DNA of 64,000 nt from Eledone cirrhosa (lineage: Eukaryota): the NCBI GenBank assembly GCA_964016885.1, contig OZ024742.1, positions 146,010,001 through 146,074,000 on the forward strand, given 5' to 3'. A program made the position numbers and the translations under genes. The notes under the pieces were generated by a model, which had not been told where the DNA came from, made no database searches, and was given only the letters and a program-made list of their open reading frames with translations. The stretch's first letter is position 1. Every line of letters begins with the position of its first letter. Below are positions 62,224 to 64,000 of the stretch, piece by piece.

Positions 62224-64000
62224 ACTAGCTATGACAACTTCAATCAATACAATGTTATGGTTATGAAACATTAAAATGAATTTTTCTTATAAACTTGTTT
62301 GTTTTCTGGTCAGGCTGTGTAGCTTTTGTTCTATGATCTCACAATCCAAAATTAACTTCTTATGGAATTCTTAGGGCCAACATAAATCCATATGTGGTTC
62401 TTGATTTATTACGACACAGCTAAAATTGAAATCAATGGCAACCTCATTGCCTTCTTTATAACCTTGGAGTAACTTCAATTCATATTGTGTGTGAGACTGC
62501 ATTTTTATAAAATGCTGACATTTGATTGGTTCATCTATAGATGGAGGGACATTAAAAACAGTAAATGTAGAAGCTGACACACATTTAATTTATTATGTTA
62601 CTCAATTTTCATTAATTATCTGTTTAGCTAATTGGCAGATTCATTAAGATGTCAGATTGAATACCTAGACATTTATTTCAGCTCTCTCTGCTCTGAGTTT
62701 AAATTTCACTGAGATCATCTTTGCCTTTCATCCTTTCAGAGTTGATAAATAAAGAACCCGTCCAGGGGCAATGGATTGGCAGAGTTGTTAAAGAATTGCA
62801 CTGGATACTTTGCAGTATACATTATCATTCTGTTTGTTCTCTGTTCAAATCCTGCTTTTTGTTGTCAGGAATTATGACTGACAGAAAGTATAAACAATGG
62901 AAAGACCAATGGAAACATAGTTTCTTTAGCCAAATCTGATGATAAACTCTTTTCCTTTCTTTCTGTTTTGCATTATTTTTCATCTTGAAATGTTCAATTG
63001 ATAAAATCCTGATATATTCAGGAACCAAATATTGTTGTACATTATTATCATCACCAGCATTATCATCCAGAGCACATAGAGCACATACTTTGTCAATTCA
63101 CTTAATTTATTTGTTTTATTCTTATACTGGTTTCAGTCACTAGATAGCAGCCATGTTGGAGCCCTAACTTAAAGAGAATTAAGTAGATTATATCGACCCC
63201 AGTACTTATCTTGATACTTGATACTTATTTTATCAATCTTTTTTTTTTCTTTTTCTCAAACTGGTAAGTTATGAGACATAAACACAGAAACAGACACAAA
63301 TATGAACACACACACACACATATGTATAACAGACTCCTGCAGTTTCTGTCTGCCAAATTCCACTCACAAAACATTAATCAACCCAAGGCTATGGTTGCTC
63401 AAGGTGTAACACAATGGGACTGAATCCAGAACCCTGTGGCTGTGAAGCAAACTCCTAACCACACAACCATGACTGCTTCTATATATTGCAGTAAAGAAAT
63501 GATTGAGATAGTTAAACTATATTTCATATTTCCATAGCACACAATTTGCATATTGAACAATTGTTTTATTGTCAGTCATTGAACAGTCTTATGTATTCAC
63601 AGCATTCAACATGATTATTGTACAGATGAGGGTTTGTTTTTTTATAATATGATGGTTATATTAAACATTGAAATCAATGAAATAGAGTAATAAGTTCTTG
63701 TTTACAAACCTTAGGATATTTTTAGCTTTGATGATTGATTTTTCTCTGATACAGTAAATAGAGTATTGTTTGCATAGTTATAAAGCTAGCTATATCAATG
63801 GTAGAAAGAGAATTTCTAGAATAAATGCATAAAGAATGGAAGGAAATATTAGAAATTTTCTATAGTAATTAGCTGTTTTTGCAAGAAATTAACTATATCC
63901 TTTTATATATAAGATGCACTTTTTTACCCCAAAACTTGCTTATTCACTGAAAAAAATGTTAAATAATATCATCATCATCATTTTATGTTCATTTTCCAAG

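Overview
Eukaryotic, AT-rich, repeat-dominated genomic DNA. The repeat families, (TA)n/(CA)n/(CAT)n microsatellites and tRNA-derived SINEs suggest a coleoid cephalopod (octopus-like); this is inference. No prokaryotic system or CRISPR array is present. Contents: one apparently intact RTE-clade LINE (1092-aa APE+RT ORF with a C4HC3 PHD finger inserted after the RT core) and many truncated relatives; decayed L1/Tx1-like, CRE-like, BovB-like, Penelope (RT+GIY-YIG) and mariner elements; hAT, pogo-like, piggyBac-like and Helitron-like non-autonomous elements, several with clear TSDs; two SINE families; several minisatellites. Signals not visible in the ORF track: two complete and two degenerate type I hammerhead ribozyme motifs, a 153-bp near-perfect inverted repeat, a nested palindrome with four tRNA-like heads, a twin-priming-type RTE inversion, a head-to-tail Helitron junction, and phase-compatible candidate exons of an unidentified minus-strand gene. 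All coordinates and alignments were read by eye; element boundaries without TSDs are approximate.
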